Source of the DNA: Pseudomonadota bacterium
GTDB taxonomy: Bacteria > Bdellovibrionota_B > Oligoflexia > Oligoflexales > RGVZ01
DNA length: 64,000 bases
Reading direction: 5' to 3'
NCBI GenBank assembly: GCA_041178085.1
Contig: JBEGVZ010000043.1
Coordinates: 1-64,000 of the forward strand
Positions 19,547 through 28,316 of the stretch are shown one piece after another. The number at the start of each line of letters is the position of its first letter. Position 1 is the first letter of the stretch. The notes under the pieces are model-generated. The model was not told the origin of the DNA and made no database searches. It saw only the letters and a list, made by a program, of their open reading frames with translations. Both the position numbers and the translations under genes were made by a program.

Positions 19547-20739
19547 ATCGCCTCGACTACAGAACTGGATTGGACCATTGCACGAACACGTTTCTTCGTT
19601 GCTACAGACTGGACTTCAACAGCGTCACCGATTGCACCCTGGCCGATTGCGACGGCATTGGTGGTTACCGTGAGATCGCCGTTTCTTTGCAGAAGCTGGA
19701 CAGTATCGCCGCGCCGTATCGCGACCGGTCGCTCAAAGTCCTTGAGTAGTAAAAGCTGACCAGTCTGCACTGGACGGACGACGGAAAGACCGGCCAAAGC
19801 ACCAGGGTCACGCAAGGCGCGGGTCGCGGATCGAGTCCAGGGAACCCATGCCCAGGTTGCATCACCTGCCCGGAAAAGAGACTTCTGCGCAAGGTCGGTT
19901 GCAGCCACAGGCATCCTGCGTTCGACCTGGAGTTTCGGGGAAAACTGCACAAAAACCGGCGGTTCATCATCACCCTGCAAGCACTGGGCGTTAAGTTGCG
20001 CCCCATTCTGGAGGCGTGTCATCAGGTTTTCGATTTCTGCCTCTACGAGGGAAGGATCTTCACCACTGGATCTCTGGGCGATCAAGTCAAGCTGGGCAAA
20101 TCGGCAAGAAACTTCGCCGGGGCGGACTGTGGGCCTGCCGTTAAGGCGGACACTAAGGACTTGAATGCGGAAATCTCTGGCCTGGCCGAATACCTCATCA
20201 ATCTGGCGAGAGAACGGAGCCGCCAGGGAATCGGGCTCCAGGAGAACTCCCTTCGCTGACACGAAGACTGAGTCAGCCCCGTTGACCTGGATTTCAACAC
20301 CAGGAAATTCATTGGCCAGAATTTCCTTGATGGATGCACGTCCAAGGCGATTGGTTTTCCCAGCTGGCGGGGCCGCGGAGATATCGACCGCAAGCACTTC
20401 CGCACAGTCAACGCCAGTGGTGGCCGTGAGGTTGCACGAAGCAACCTGCTCAAGCATCAAACGGCTAGATTCCACTTCGACTGCCTGACGCAGGTCGATT
20501 GAGACACGTGCTGCCGGTAATAGCGGAGAAGGAGTTGCGGACTCCGCAACATCTGCCGTAGCGGCCGGACTTGCGAAGGAGGACCTGGAGGACGCCGGAG
20601 CGATGACTTCCTGGTCACTTGCAACCACGATGGCCGGTCGCACCGCACCAAAAGTCTCTGATGAAAAAAATAGCGCGCTCCAGGCGCCAAGCACCTGAAG
20701 CCGCTGTCGACCCGGCCATTTTCGCAGGGACATCGTCAT
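19543..20739 (-). CDS. flgA: P-ring formation chaperone FlgA (long form)
   Basis: C-terminal SAF-like region (IRRGDTV...GAIGDAVEVQSVATKKRV); follows flgG. Confidence 0.85.
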   Translation of the reverse strand: MTMSLRKWPGRQRLQVLGAWSALFFSSETFGAVRPAIVVASDQEVIAPASSRSSFASPAATADVAESATPSPLLPAARVSIDLRQAVEVESSRLMLEQVASCNLTATTGVDCAEVLAVDISAAPPAGKTNRLGRASIKEILANEFPGVEIQVNGADSVFVSAKGVLLEPDSLAAPFSRQIDEVFGQARDFRIQVLSVRLNGRPTVRPGEVSCRFAQLDLIAQRSSGEDPSLVEAEIENLMTRLQNGAQLNAQCLQGDDEPPVFVQFSPKLQVERRMPVAATDLAQKSLFRAGDATWAWVPWTRSATRALRDPGALAGLSVVRPVQTGQLLLLKDFERPVAIRRGDTVQLLQRNGDLTVTTNAVAIGQGAIGDAVEVQSVATKKRVRAMVQSSSVVEAM

Positions 20740-20794
20740 GACACACTCACCGCCTGGTCACATCCGGGCCGGGGCCACACCTGCCCCGTCACCA

Positions 20795-21574
20795 TTAACG
20801 GACGTTGTTGGTCGTCTGCAGCATCTGGTCACTGGTGCTGATCACCTTTGAATTGATCTCGTAGGCACGCTGGCCAGTGATCATATTGACCATCTCTTCC
20901 ACGATGTTGACGTTGGAATTTTCAAGCTGGTACTGGGCAATGCGGCCAACTCCGCTTTGATTTGGGTTGCCCACCACGGGTTCACCGCTCGCGCGGGTTG
21001 GGGTGTACAAGTTGCGCCCCGCAGCCTGCAGGCCTGCCGGGTTGATAAAGGTCGCCAGCTGTACCTGGCCGAGCTCCTGCGTCTCGCCATCGACCTTCAC
21101 GGTAACAATGCCGTCCATGCCGACATGGAGGTCTGTCGCATTCTGCGGGATTGTGACCTCAGGCACCACGGGGAATCCGTCCGACGTGACCAGGCGACCC
21201 GTGTTGTCCTTGTCGAAATGGCCATCGCGCGTATAAGCGATGGTGCCATCATCCTTCTGGATCCGGAAGAATCCCTGGCCTTCGATCATGAAGTCCAGGT
21301 TGCGTTCGGTCACCTTGATGCCACCTTCGGTGAACAGCTTGTCTACCGAAGCAAGGCGGGAACCCGCACCGATCTGGATGCCGCTCGGCACGACGGTACC
21401 GGTGGTTGCACTCTGACCGGCTGCACGGACCGTCTGATAAAGCAGGTCGTGGAAGTTGGCGCGCGAACGCTTGAACGCGTTGGTGTTCACGTTGGCCAAG
21501 TTGTTGGCAATGGTATCGATGTTTGTCTGCTGGGATTCCATCCCGGTTGCAGCGGTCAACAACGAACGCATCAT
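20795..21574 (-). CDS. flgG: Flagellar distal rod protein
   Basis: IANNLANVNT.AFKRSRA.F.DLLYQ, YTRDG, LENSNVNIVEEMVNMI.GQRAYE.NSK. Confidence 0.96.
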   Translation of the reverse strand: MMRSLLTAATGMESQQTNIDTIANNLANVNTNAFKRSRANFHDLLYQTVRAAGQSATTGTVVPSGIQIGAGSRLASVDKLFTEGGIKVTERNLDFMIEGQGFFRIQKDDGTIAYTRDGHFDKDNTGRLVTSDGFPVVPEVTIPQNATDLHVGMDGIVTVKVDGETQELGQVQLATFINPAGLQAAGRNLYTPTRASGEPVVGNPNQSGVGRIAQYQLENSNVNIVEEMVNMITGQRAYEINSKVISTSDQMLQTTNNVR

Positions 21575-21619
21575 GGTCTTATCCTCCGCCCGTCACGGGC
21601 ATGGTATTGATGAGGCGAA

Positions 21620-22408
21620 TTACGCCCTCACTTCACCGATTGAATTGCTGCCTTTTTCAAGCATCTTGTCGTAGTTTGAAATCGCCTTCTGGTACGCCTC
21701 GAAAGAACGGTGCGCAATGATCATCGCTGTCAGGCTCTTGATCGCGTTGACGTTGGAACCTTCCAGGAATCCCTGACGCACGTTTGTGTTCTGGGACAGG
21801 ACACGATCTTCGTCCGGACCACCAAAGAAGAAGTAGTTGTCACCAGTCCTCTCCAGCTGCCGCTGGTCCGCGAACTCATAGATACGCAGGCGATCGACGA
21901 GTTCGCCGTCCTGATAGATCTCGCCACGGTGGTTGACATCAAATGCGCTTGAGCGGACGAAGATGTTGCCCCGCTCACCCAGAACCGGATGGCCCGAGGA
22001 GGTCATAAGCACCCCGTCCGGACTGACCTTGAAGTCACCACTGCGGGTGTACCGCAAGCCGTCTTGCGTCTGGACCGCGAACAACCCCTCACCTTCCAAC
22101 ATCATGTCGGTAGGGTTCTTGGTGTCGATGGCCGGACCCTGGCTCAGGTCCCGCTCGATGTCTGATATACCAACGAAGGCGATCTCGTTGCCGCGGAACG
22201 GCATCACTTCACTCAAGTCCCGCTTGAAATTTGCTGGCGGGAGCGGACTGTTGTAATTCCGTTCCGGCTCGCTATCAAGGAGCTTGAAGGAGATGTTGTC
22301 TCCCTTGAACGCAGTCGTATTGACGTTGGCAAGGTTGTTGGCAATGATTTCGAGCACACGCTCCTGGGCGAGCGCCCCGGACAGCGGTGTGTAGATCCCG
22401 TGAAGCAT
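21620..22408 (-). CDS. flgF: Flagellar proximal rod protein
   Basis: IANNLANVNT, YTRSGDF, QGFLEGSNVN; upstream of flgG. Confidence 0.88.
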   Translation of the reverse strand: MLHGIYTPLSGALAQERVLEIIANNLANVNTTAFKGDNISFKLLDSEPERNYNSPLPPANFKRDLSEVMPFRGNEIAFVGISDIERDLSQGPAIDTKNPTDMMLEGEGLFAVQTQDGLRYTRSGDFKVSPDGVLMTSSGHPVLGERGNIFVRSSAFDVNHRGEIYQDGELVDRLRIYEFADQRQLERTGDNYFFFGGPDEDRVLSQNTNVRQGFLEGSNVNAIKSLTAMIIAHRSFEAYQKAISNYDKMLEKGSNSIGEVRA

Positions 22409-22472
22409 TGCAGCATCCTTGCTTTATGGTTTCATGGTCGAGTGTCAGGATTTCTTGTTACACAGCTAACGA

Positions 22473-22489
22473 AGCAATAAGCGGGCCAA
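22473..22489 (-). promoter_or_regulatory. Sigma-54 (-24/-12) promoter of the flgF operon
   Basis: The minus strand reads TTGGCCCGCTTATTGCT, matching TGGCAC-N5-TTGCW, about 65 bp upstream of flgF. Confidence 0.7.
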
Positions 22490-22679
22490 CATGATGGCGA
22501 CATTCTGCTTGTCATGCCTCTATCCCGGCAACACTCCGGAATCCGGCTTCAACTCACCATTTTTTTTCATTCAAACAAATCCTGGCGTGGCAGAAACTTG
22601 ACGTGTGTCAGGCGCCCAGCAGGCGATTTACCAGGCATTTTTCGCCGTGTGTCAAAATCACTGCGCCTGATTTTTGACG

Positions 22680-22708
22680 AAAAAAAATCCGCCCGAAGGC
22701 GGATTTTT
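22680..22708 (-). terminator. Intrinsic terminator downstream of flagellin
   Basis: Minus strand AAAAATCCGCC-TTCG-GGCGGATTTTTTTT: perfect stem, UUCG loop and U-tract. Confidence 0.85.
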
Positions 22709-22757
22709 GAGCGATGTCCTGAACTTTTTTCTCGAACTGAAGAACCTGGAATCTGAC

Positions 22758-23681
22758 TTATTGCAGTAGCTTCAAAGCAATATTCGGCAACTGATTTGCC
22801 TGAGAAAGCACCGAAACACCCGCTTGCTGGAGGATGTTTTGCTGCGCCAGCTCTGCGGACTCGGCCGCAAAGTCTGCGTCCTTTATCCGGGACCGTGCCG
22901 CGGAAAGTGCCTCGATTTGGATTCCAAGGTTTCGATCGGTGCTCTGGAAACGGTTCTGCACTGCGCCGAGAGTCCCGCGATAGGAAGCAACCTTGTTCAT
23001 CGCATTGTCGATCACGACGAGCGCATTCTGCGCCGATGCCTTGTTGTCGACCCTCGTGCCTTCAGAATTCTGGGCACTGCCCAGGCCCAGCGACCCTTCA
23101 CCATCCGTGGAAGCGTTGAAGGCGCCCAGGTTCATGCGAATGATATTGATCGGATTTGGATTCTCCAGCGAATCGGATACGTTGAAGTAATCCTTCCCGA
23201 CCTGGATCTCAAGAGGTGAAAAGTTGTGTTCCGCGAGAAGCTCTGGAGGAACCTCCTTCTCGCCTGTGAGCAACCTTGTGCCGTTGAATTCCGTCGACAA
23301 TGCAATCCGGTCGATTTCATCCTTCAACGCCATGTATTCTTCGTTCAAATATCCACGCTCACGGGCACCCAGCGTATCGGATGCTGCCTGCACGGACAGT
23401 TCCCGCAAACGAATCATGATGTTGTTGATTTCATCAAGACCGCCTTCAGCGACTTCCACCAACGACACAGCGTCGTTGGCATTACGCCTTGCCTGGGCCA
23501 GGGAGCGGATGTCGCCCTTCAGGCCTTCAGCGATGGCAAATCCGGCCGCATCGTCGGCACCCTTGTTGATGCGGAACCCTGAAGACAACTTTTCAGTCTG
23601 CGCTGCAACGCCTTTGGTCGCATGCCCAAAATGACGCTGCGCCACCAGTGACTGGACGTTTGTCCTGATCCTCAATCCCAT
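22758..23681 (-). CDS. fliC: Flagellin
   Basis: MGLRIRTNV, LSSGFRINKGADDAAG, RLRELSVQAA, SRIKDADFA.E, ILQQAG.SVLSQAN. Confidence 0.96.
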   Translation of the reverse strand: MGLRIRTNVQSLVAQRHFGHATKGVAAQTEKLSSGFRINKGADDAAGFAIAEGLKGDIRSLAQARRNANDAVSLVEVAEGGLDEINNIMIRLRELSVQAASDTLGARERGYLNEEYMALKDEIDRIALSTEFNGTRLLTGEKEVPPELLAEHNFSPLEIQVGKDYFNVSDSLENPNPINIIRMNLGAFNASTDGEGSLGLGSAQNSEGTRVDNKASAQNALVVIDNAMNKVASYRGTLGAVQNRFQSTDRNLGIQIEALSAARSRIKDADFAAESAELAQQNILQQAGVSVLSQANQLPNIALKLLQ

Positions 23682-23743
23682 AGCATTACCTCGCCATGTT
23701 CAGTGGCCGCAAAAGCGGCACAAAGGTTCACGAGTCGCTCAAA

Positions 23744-24394
23744 TCAGGAATTCTTCTGTACGGTATAATTCAAGAATACCAGATCACCATCGCGGTTGGA
23801 AGATTCCAGGCGAAAATGAACCGGCGCAGGAAGCGGCGGGGTCAAGAGATTGGATGCATCGGGTAGCCCCAACATCAAGGGGCACAAGGTCAAGCGCAGC
23901 TCGTCCACCAGTCCGGCCGCGTAGAACAGGCGGTTCACATGACCGCCACCGAATAGCAGGGTTTTTCTGTATCCGGCCAATTCAGCCTGCTTCGCCACAT
24001 ATTCTGCGATGTTTTCATCCTCAGGCGCTGCCAGGATCCGGGCATTTTTTGCCCAGGGGGGAATCGTCAAATTCTTGCTTCCGGCCGGACACACCAGCCA
24101 CTTTTCAACTTGATCCTGCTTCCAGAAGCGTAAATCGTGATCGAGCCCGCTCGTGGTCAGCACAATCCAAGTCGCAAACCGCCCCTCGTGGTTGGTCACC
24201 TGCCAGGCGCCTTCGCTGGCACGCAACGAGTTCGCACCCGTGATGACAGCATCCGCTGTCGCCAGCTGTGAGCGCACAAACTCCTGGTCGGTCTTGTTGG
24301 TAAAACCGTAATCACGACGAGCCTTGTCACTTTCATGACTGTGCCCGGCGATCTTGCCGTCTAGGCTGGATGCCATGACATTGACGATTTTCAT
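23744..24394 (-). CDS. RibD C-terminal domain (dihydrofolate reductase-like) protein
   Basis: MASSLDGKIA, DAVITGANSLR, LLFGGG, GLVDELRLTLCP. An alternative TTG start lies at 24409. Confidence 0.85.
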   Translation of the reverse strand: MKIVNVMASSLDGKIAGHSHESDKARRDYGFTNKTDQEFVRSQLATADAVITGANSLRASEGAWQVTNHEGRFATWIVLTTSGLDHDLRFWKQDQVEKWLVCPAGSKNLTIPPWAKNARILAAPEDENIAEYVAKQAELAGYRKTLLFGGGHVNRLFYAAGLVDELRLTLCPLMLGLPDASNLLTPPLPAPVHFRLESSNRDGDLVFLNYTVQKNS

Positions 24395-24473
24395 TCCACG
24401 AAAATTCAAAGGCCGGCCTCCCCCTCTTCGATATGAATGATTATGGGGGAAACCGGCCTGTGTCCAGAAATGC

Positions 24474-24959
24474 TTAGTGAGGCAGGAGCATGCTCGACAG
24501 TTCGGCCTGAACCTCGGCTTCCTCTTTGGCCAAGGCTGCGCTGATCTCGGCCACAATCATGCCGAGAGCCTTGTCCAGCATCTTCTTCTCGCCGAAGGAG
24601 AGATCCTTGTCGCCCTTGAGTGAGCAAAGGTCACGGAGTACCTCGGCGATATCTACCACCGACCCCGTGCGGAGCTTGTCGTTGAATTCCCGGAACCTGC
24701 GGTTCCAGGTGGTCTGGGAAACCCGCCCCGGGCTCTTGAGAATGTCATACACACGAGCGACTTCATTACGGGAAATCAGCTCCCGCATGCCAGCCTTCTC
24801 GCACCCCGTGGTGGGAACCATAAGAGTCGCACCGGAAGAGATAATCTGAAGGACGTAGAAATCCTGCTTGGAACCGCCGATATCCCGCGTCTCGATGCCC
24901 CTGATCACGCCGACACCGTGTGCCGGGTAAACCGCTTTGTCACCGATTTTGAATTGCAT
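24474..24959 (-). CDS. carD: CarD/CdnL family RNA polymerase-binding regulator
   Basis: FKIGDKAVYPAHGVG, WNRRFRE, EVLRDL, LSFGEKKML. Confidence 0.93.
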   Translation of the reverse strand: MQFKIGDKAVYPAHGVGVIRGIETRDIGGSKQDFYVLQIISSGATLMVPTTGCEKAGMRELISRNEVARVYDILKSPGRVSQTTWNRRFREFNDKLRTGSVVDIAEVLRDLCSLKGDKDLSFGEKKMLDKALGMIVAEISAALAKEEAEVQAELSSMLLPH

Positions 24960-25187
24960 GGGATCCCCGCTTTCTTCGTTTCCTGACAGTTCTGACACAA
25001 CTCAGAACCAACAATTTCTATTAAAAAATAGAATTAAAGTCAATTAATTTTAACTAATCATTAGTATTTCTTAATAAAAATCTATTTGTGGTGCGATTCA
25101 AGTTCCATTACAGCGGGTTCCAGATGAGAAGTTCATTAGAAGATCGTCTGGTGCACTCCGGCAATCGCATCTCAAATCAACAAATTC

Positions 25188-25216
25188 TTGCCAACCCGCG
25201 AAGGTTCCGATAGTTT
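25188..25216 (+). promoter_or_regulatory. Putative sigma-70 promoter of rpsO
   Basis: TTGCCA-17 nt-TAGTTT, about 80 bp upstream of the rpsO ATG. Confidence 0.45.
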
Positions 25217-25295
25217 CCCGCCTCTGACGTCCGTAGATCGCGGAAGGAAAGATCTGCAAGGCGTTATAATGATTGGAAATTGTGAAAGGTTTCTC

Positions 25296-25562
25296 ATGCT
25301 AGAAAGCGCTGACAAGGCAAAACTGGTCAAGAAGTTTGGCTCCAAAGCCGGAGACTCGGGTTCGACTGCGGTACAAATCGCCCTCATGACAGCCCGCTTG
25401 AACCAGCTGACTGGTCACTTCAAAACCCACGTTAAAGACCATCACTCCCGCCGCGGACTCTTCAAGCTCGTCGGCCGCAGGCGTCGCCTCCTGAACTACC
25501 TCAACCGGAAAGATCCGGATGGGTACCAGAAGCTGATCCAGGAACTGGATATCCGCAAGTAA
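25296..25562 (+). CDS. rpsO: 30S ribosomal protein S15
   Basis: [39 protein letters not shown] at 25296 after GAAAGG. Confidence 0.97.
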   Translation: MLESADKAKLVKKFGSKAGDSGSTAVQIALMTARLNQLTGHFKTHVKDHHSRRGLFKLVGRRRRLLNYLNRKDPDGYQKLIQELDIRK

Positions 25563-25685
25563 ACTGACCCAAAACAGCCGCCCCGGGAAGACAACCGCGG
25601 CGGCTGTAGTGCATCATAGGGTTTTCGTGTTTTTCCCCAAGAAGTGCCCGGAATAGAGGCCCAGAGAATTTTCAGAAAGGTTCTA

Positions 25686-27782
25686 ATGTCACTCGTTCGT
25701 GAAATTGAAATTGCCGGAAAAAAAATCAAGTTTGAGTTCAACAAGTTTGCCAAGCAGGCAAACGGTTCGGTCATGGTCACCTGTGGCGACACGCAGGTCC
25801 TCGTGACAGTTTGCGCCTCCGAGGAAGCTAAGGAAGGACAGGACTTCTTCCCGCTCACCGTCGACTATTTTGAACGCTTCTACGCAGCCGGCCGGATCCC
25901 GGGTGGCTTCTTCAAGCGTGAAACCAAACCGACCGAACGTGAGGTTCTTACTTCACGTGTGATCGACCGTCCGCTGCGCCCCTGCTTCCCGGAAGGTTTC
26001 CTGAACGAAACCCAGGTCATCTGCACCGTCATGTCATACGACCCCAAGCATCAACCAGCACCGCTGGCCTGCATGGGTGCATCGTTCGCGCTCATGATCA
26101 GTGACATTCCGTTCAGCGGACCTGTTGCGGCTCTGCGCATCGGCATGAAAGACGGCCAATACGTCATAGATCCATCGCCTGAAGAAACCGTCGACCTTGA
26201 CCTGAACATCGCCGCCAAGCCGGGAGCTGTTTTGATGGTTGAGGCAGGCGCCAACTTCCTGAGCGAAGCCCAGATGCTTGATGCGATCACCTTCGCCCAC
26301 AGGACGATGGAACCGATCTTCAATCTCCAGCTGGAAGTCCAGAAGGCGATCGGCAAGGAAAAACGCGGCGTGCCTGTCAACCAGCTGCATGAGCAGCTCC
26401 TGGCGCCCGTTCGCGACCTGATCGAGGCCGACGTTTCAAAGGCGTTCCAGATCCGCACCAAGCAAGAACGCCGCAAGGCGTTGTCCGAGGCGACCAAGAA
26501 AGCCGTCGCCGCCCTGAACCCGGACAGTGATGTTGCCAAGACCCGCGCCATCAAAAAGATCGCCGAAGAGGTCCAATATAACGTCGTCCGTCACCAAATC
26601 CTGAAGACACACAATCGCATCGATGGTCGCGGCCTGGAGGACATCCGTCCGATCAGCTGTGAAATCGGAGTGCTGAGTCGTCCGCATGGTTCGGCGTTGT
26701 TCCAACGCGGTGAAACCCAGGCACTTGCCACCGTTACCCTCGGTGCCGGCGATGACGAGCAGCGCCTGGACACCATCGCAACTCCAGACGCCATGAAGAG
26801 CTTCATGCTGCACTACAACTTCCCGCCGTTCTCCGTCGGCGAAGTAAAGCCGCTGCGCGCCCCGGGCCGCCGTGAAGTTGGCCACGGTGCCCTCGCCGAG
26901 CGCGCCATCCAGCAGGTGATCCCGGCCAAAGGCAAGTTTGGTTACACGATCCGCCTGGTGTCGGAAGTCCTCGAGTCCAACGGCAGCTCGTCCATGGCGA
27001 CGGTCTGCGCAGGCACGATGGCCCTCCTGAACGCCGGTGTGCCGATCACTGAGCCAGTGGCAGGCATCGCGATGGGCCTGATCAAGGAAGGCAACGACTT
27101 TGCCATCCTGTCGGACATCCTTGGCGACGAAGACCACCTTGGTGACATGGACTTCAAAGTATGCGGCGGAGCCAAAGGCATCACCGCATTGCAAATGGAC
27201 ATCAAGATTGGTGGCCTTACCCGTGAAATCATGGCTCGCGCACTCGAACAGGCGAACCGTGGCCGGATGCACATCCTGGGCAAAATGACCGGCACAATCA
27301 ACACGCCAGGCGAACTGTCCGAATACGCGCCGCGCATCTTCCAGATCAAGATCAAGCCCGACAAGGTCCGTGAACTCATCGGACCCGGTGGCAAGGTGAT
27401 CAAGAAGATCGTTGCCCAGACCGGCGTCAAGATCGATATCGAGGACGACGGCATGGTTAATATCGTGTCGCCAGACGTAACCTCGGCCGAAGCCGCCAAG
27501 CAGATGATCCGTACGATCACGGCCGAGCCGGAGATTGGCGCAATTTACCTGGGTACCGTGAAGAAGATCATGGACTTCGGTGCGTTTATCGAGATCAAGC
27601 CGGGCAGCGAAGGCCTTTGCCACATCTCGCAACTTGCTGATCGCCGGGTTGAGCGCGTTGAAGACATCCTGAAGGAAGGCGAAGAAGTCCTGGTGAAGAT
27701 CCTTGAGATCGATCGCCAGGGCAAGATCAAGCTCAGCCGCAAGGAAGCGCTTGGCAAAAAGCCGACCGCGACCGCGAACTGA
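25686..27782 (+). CDS. pnp: Polyribonucleotide nucleotidyltransferase
   Basis: DFFPLTVDY, HGSALFQRGETQ, RREVGHG, ESNGSSSMA, GDMDFKV, plus KH and S1 domains. Confidence 0.98.
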   Translation: MSLVREIEIAGKKIKFEFNKFAKQANGSVMVTCGDTQVLVTVCASEEAKEGQDFFPLTVDYFERFYAAGRIPGGFFKRETKPTEREVLTSRVIDRPLRPCFPEGFLNETQVICTVMSYDPKHQPAPLACMGASFALMISDIPFSGPVAALRIGMKDGQYVIDPSPEETVDLDLNIAAKPGAVLMVEAGANFLSEAQMLDAITFAHRTMEPIFNLQLEVQKAIGKEKRGVPVNQLHEQLLAPVRDLIEADVSKAFQIRTKQERRKALSEATKKAVAALNPDSDVAKTRAIKKIAEEVQYNVVRHQILKTHNRIDGRGLEDIRPISCEIGVLSRPHGSALFQRGETQALATVTLGAGDDEQRLDTIATPDAMKSFMLHYNFPPFSVGEVKPLRAPGRREVGHGALAERAIQQVIPAKGKFGYTIRLVSEVLESNGSSSMATVCAGTMALLNAGVPITEPVAGIAMGLIKEGNDFAILSDILGDEDHLGDMDFKVCGGAKGITALQMDIKIGGLTREIMARALEQANRGRMHILGKMTGTINTPGELSEYAPRIFQIKIKPDKVRELIGPGGKVIKKIVAQTGVKIDIEDDGMVNIVSPDVTSAEAAKQMIRTITAEPEIGAIYLGTVKKIMDFGAFIEIKPGSEGLCHISQLADRRVERVEDILKEGEEVLVKILEIDRQGKIKLSRKEALGKKPTATAN

Positions 27783-27797
27783 GAGAGGTCGCTGGCG

Positions 27798-28256
27798 GTG
27801 TTCAAGCTGCGTTGTGAAAAGGGCTATGAACCAGTCTACATGACGCAGCACAGCGCTGGCGCGGACCTCAAGGCGACGGAAGCAATGACAATACCCCCGG
27901 GGGCAGTAGCCGCTGTACCCACGGGGGTTTTCATTTCCGGCGTCGAATGGGACAAGGTGCCCGCAGGACTGATCCCGGAGCTCCAAATCCGTGCAAGGTC
28001 TGGCCTGGCCTTCAAAAAACGAATCATGCTCGCCAACGGCGTCGGCACCATCGATGCCGACTACCCGGAAGAAATCAAAGTCCTCCTCATCAACATGGGG
28101 GATCAGCCCTTCGAAATCTCTGCAGGCGACCGCATCGCCCAGCTGGTGCCCGCACTGGTTGCCCGCCTGGAGCTCGCCGCAGCCCAAACGGAGAAGCAGA
28201 GAACCGGGGGTTTCGGCTCCACCGGTGTCGAGGCTGCCTCCAAGGCCCGGATCTGA
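27798..28256 (+). CDS. dut: dUTP diphosphatase
   Basis: AGADL, RSGLA, GTIDADY, GDRIAQL, RTGGFGSTG. Confidence 0.95.
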   Translation: MFKLRCEKGYEPVYMTQHSAGADLKATEAMTIPPGAVAAVPTGVFISGVEWDKVPAGLIPELQIRARSGLAFKKRIMLANGVGTIDADYPEEIKVLLINMGDQPFEISAGDRIAQLVPALVARLELAAAQTEKQRTGGFGSTGVEAASKARI

Positions 28257-28316
28257 TAAAATCCAGAGTCGGCGCAATCGCAACTCAAAGCATCCCTGTA
28301 AAAGTCAGGAGAAGTC

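Noticed and set aside
23682..23743. Sigma-54-like TTGC upstream of flagellin (TTGTGCCGCTTTTGC)
   Set aside because: Lacks the invariant GG at -24.
26436..28283. 615-aa minus-strand ORF antisense to pnp/dut
   Set aside because: Same antisense-frame artefact; the plus strand carries unambiguous pnp and dut.
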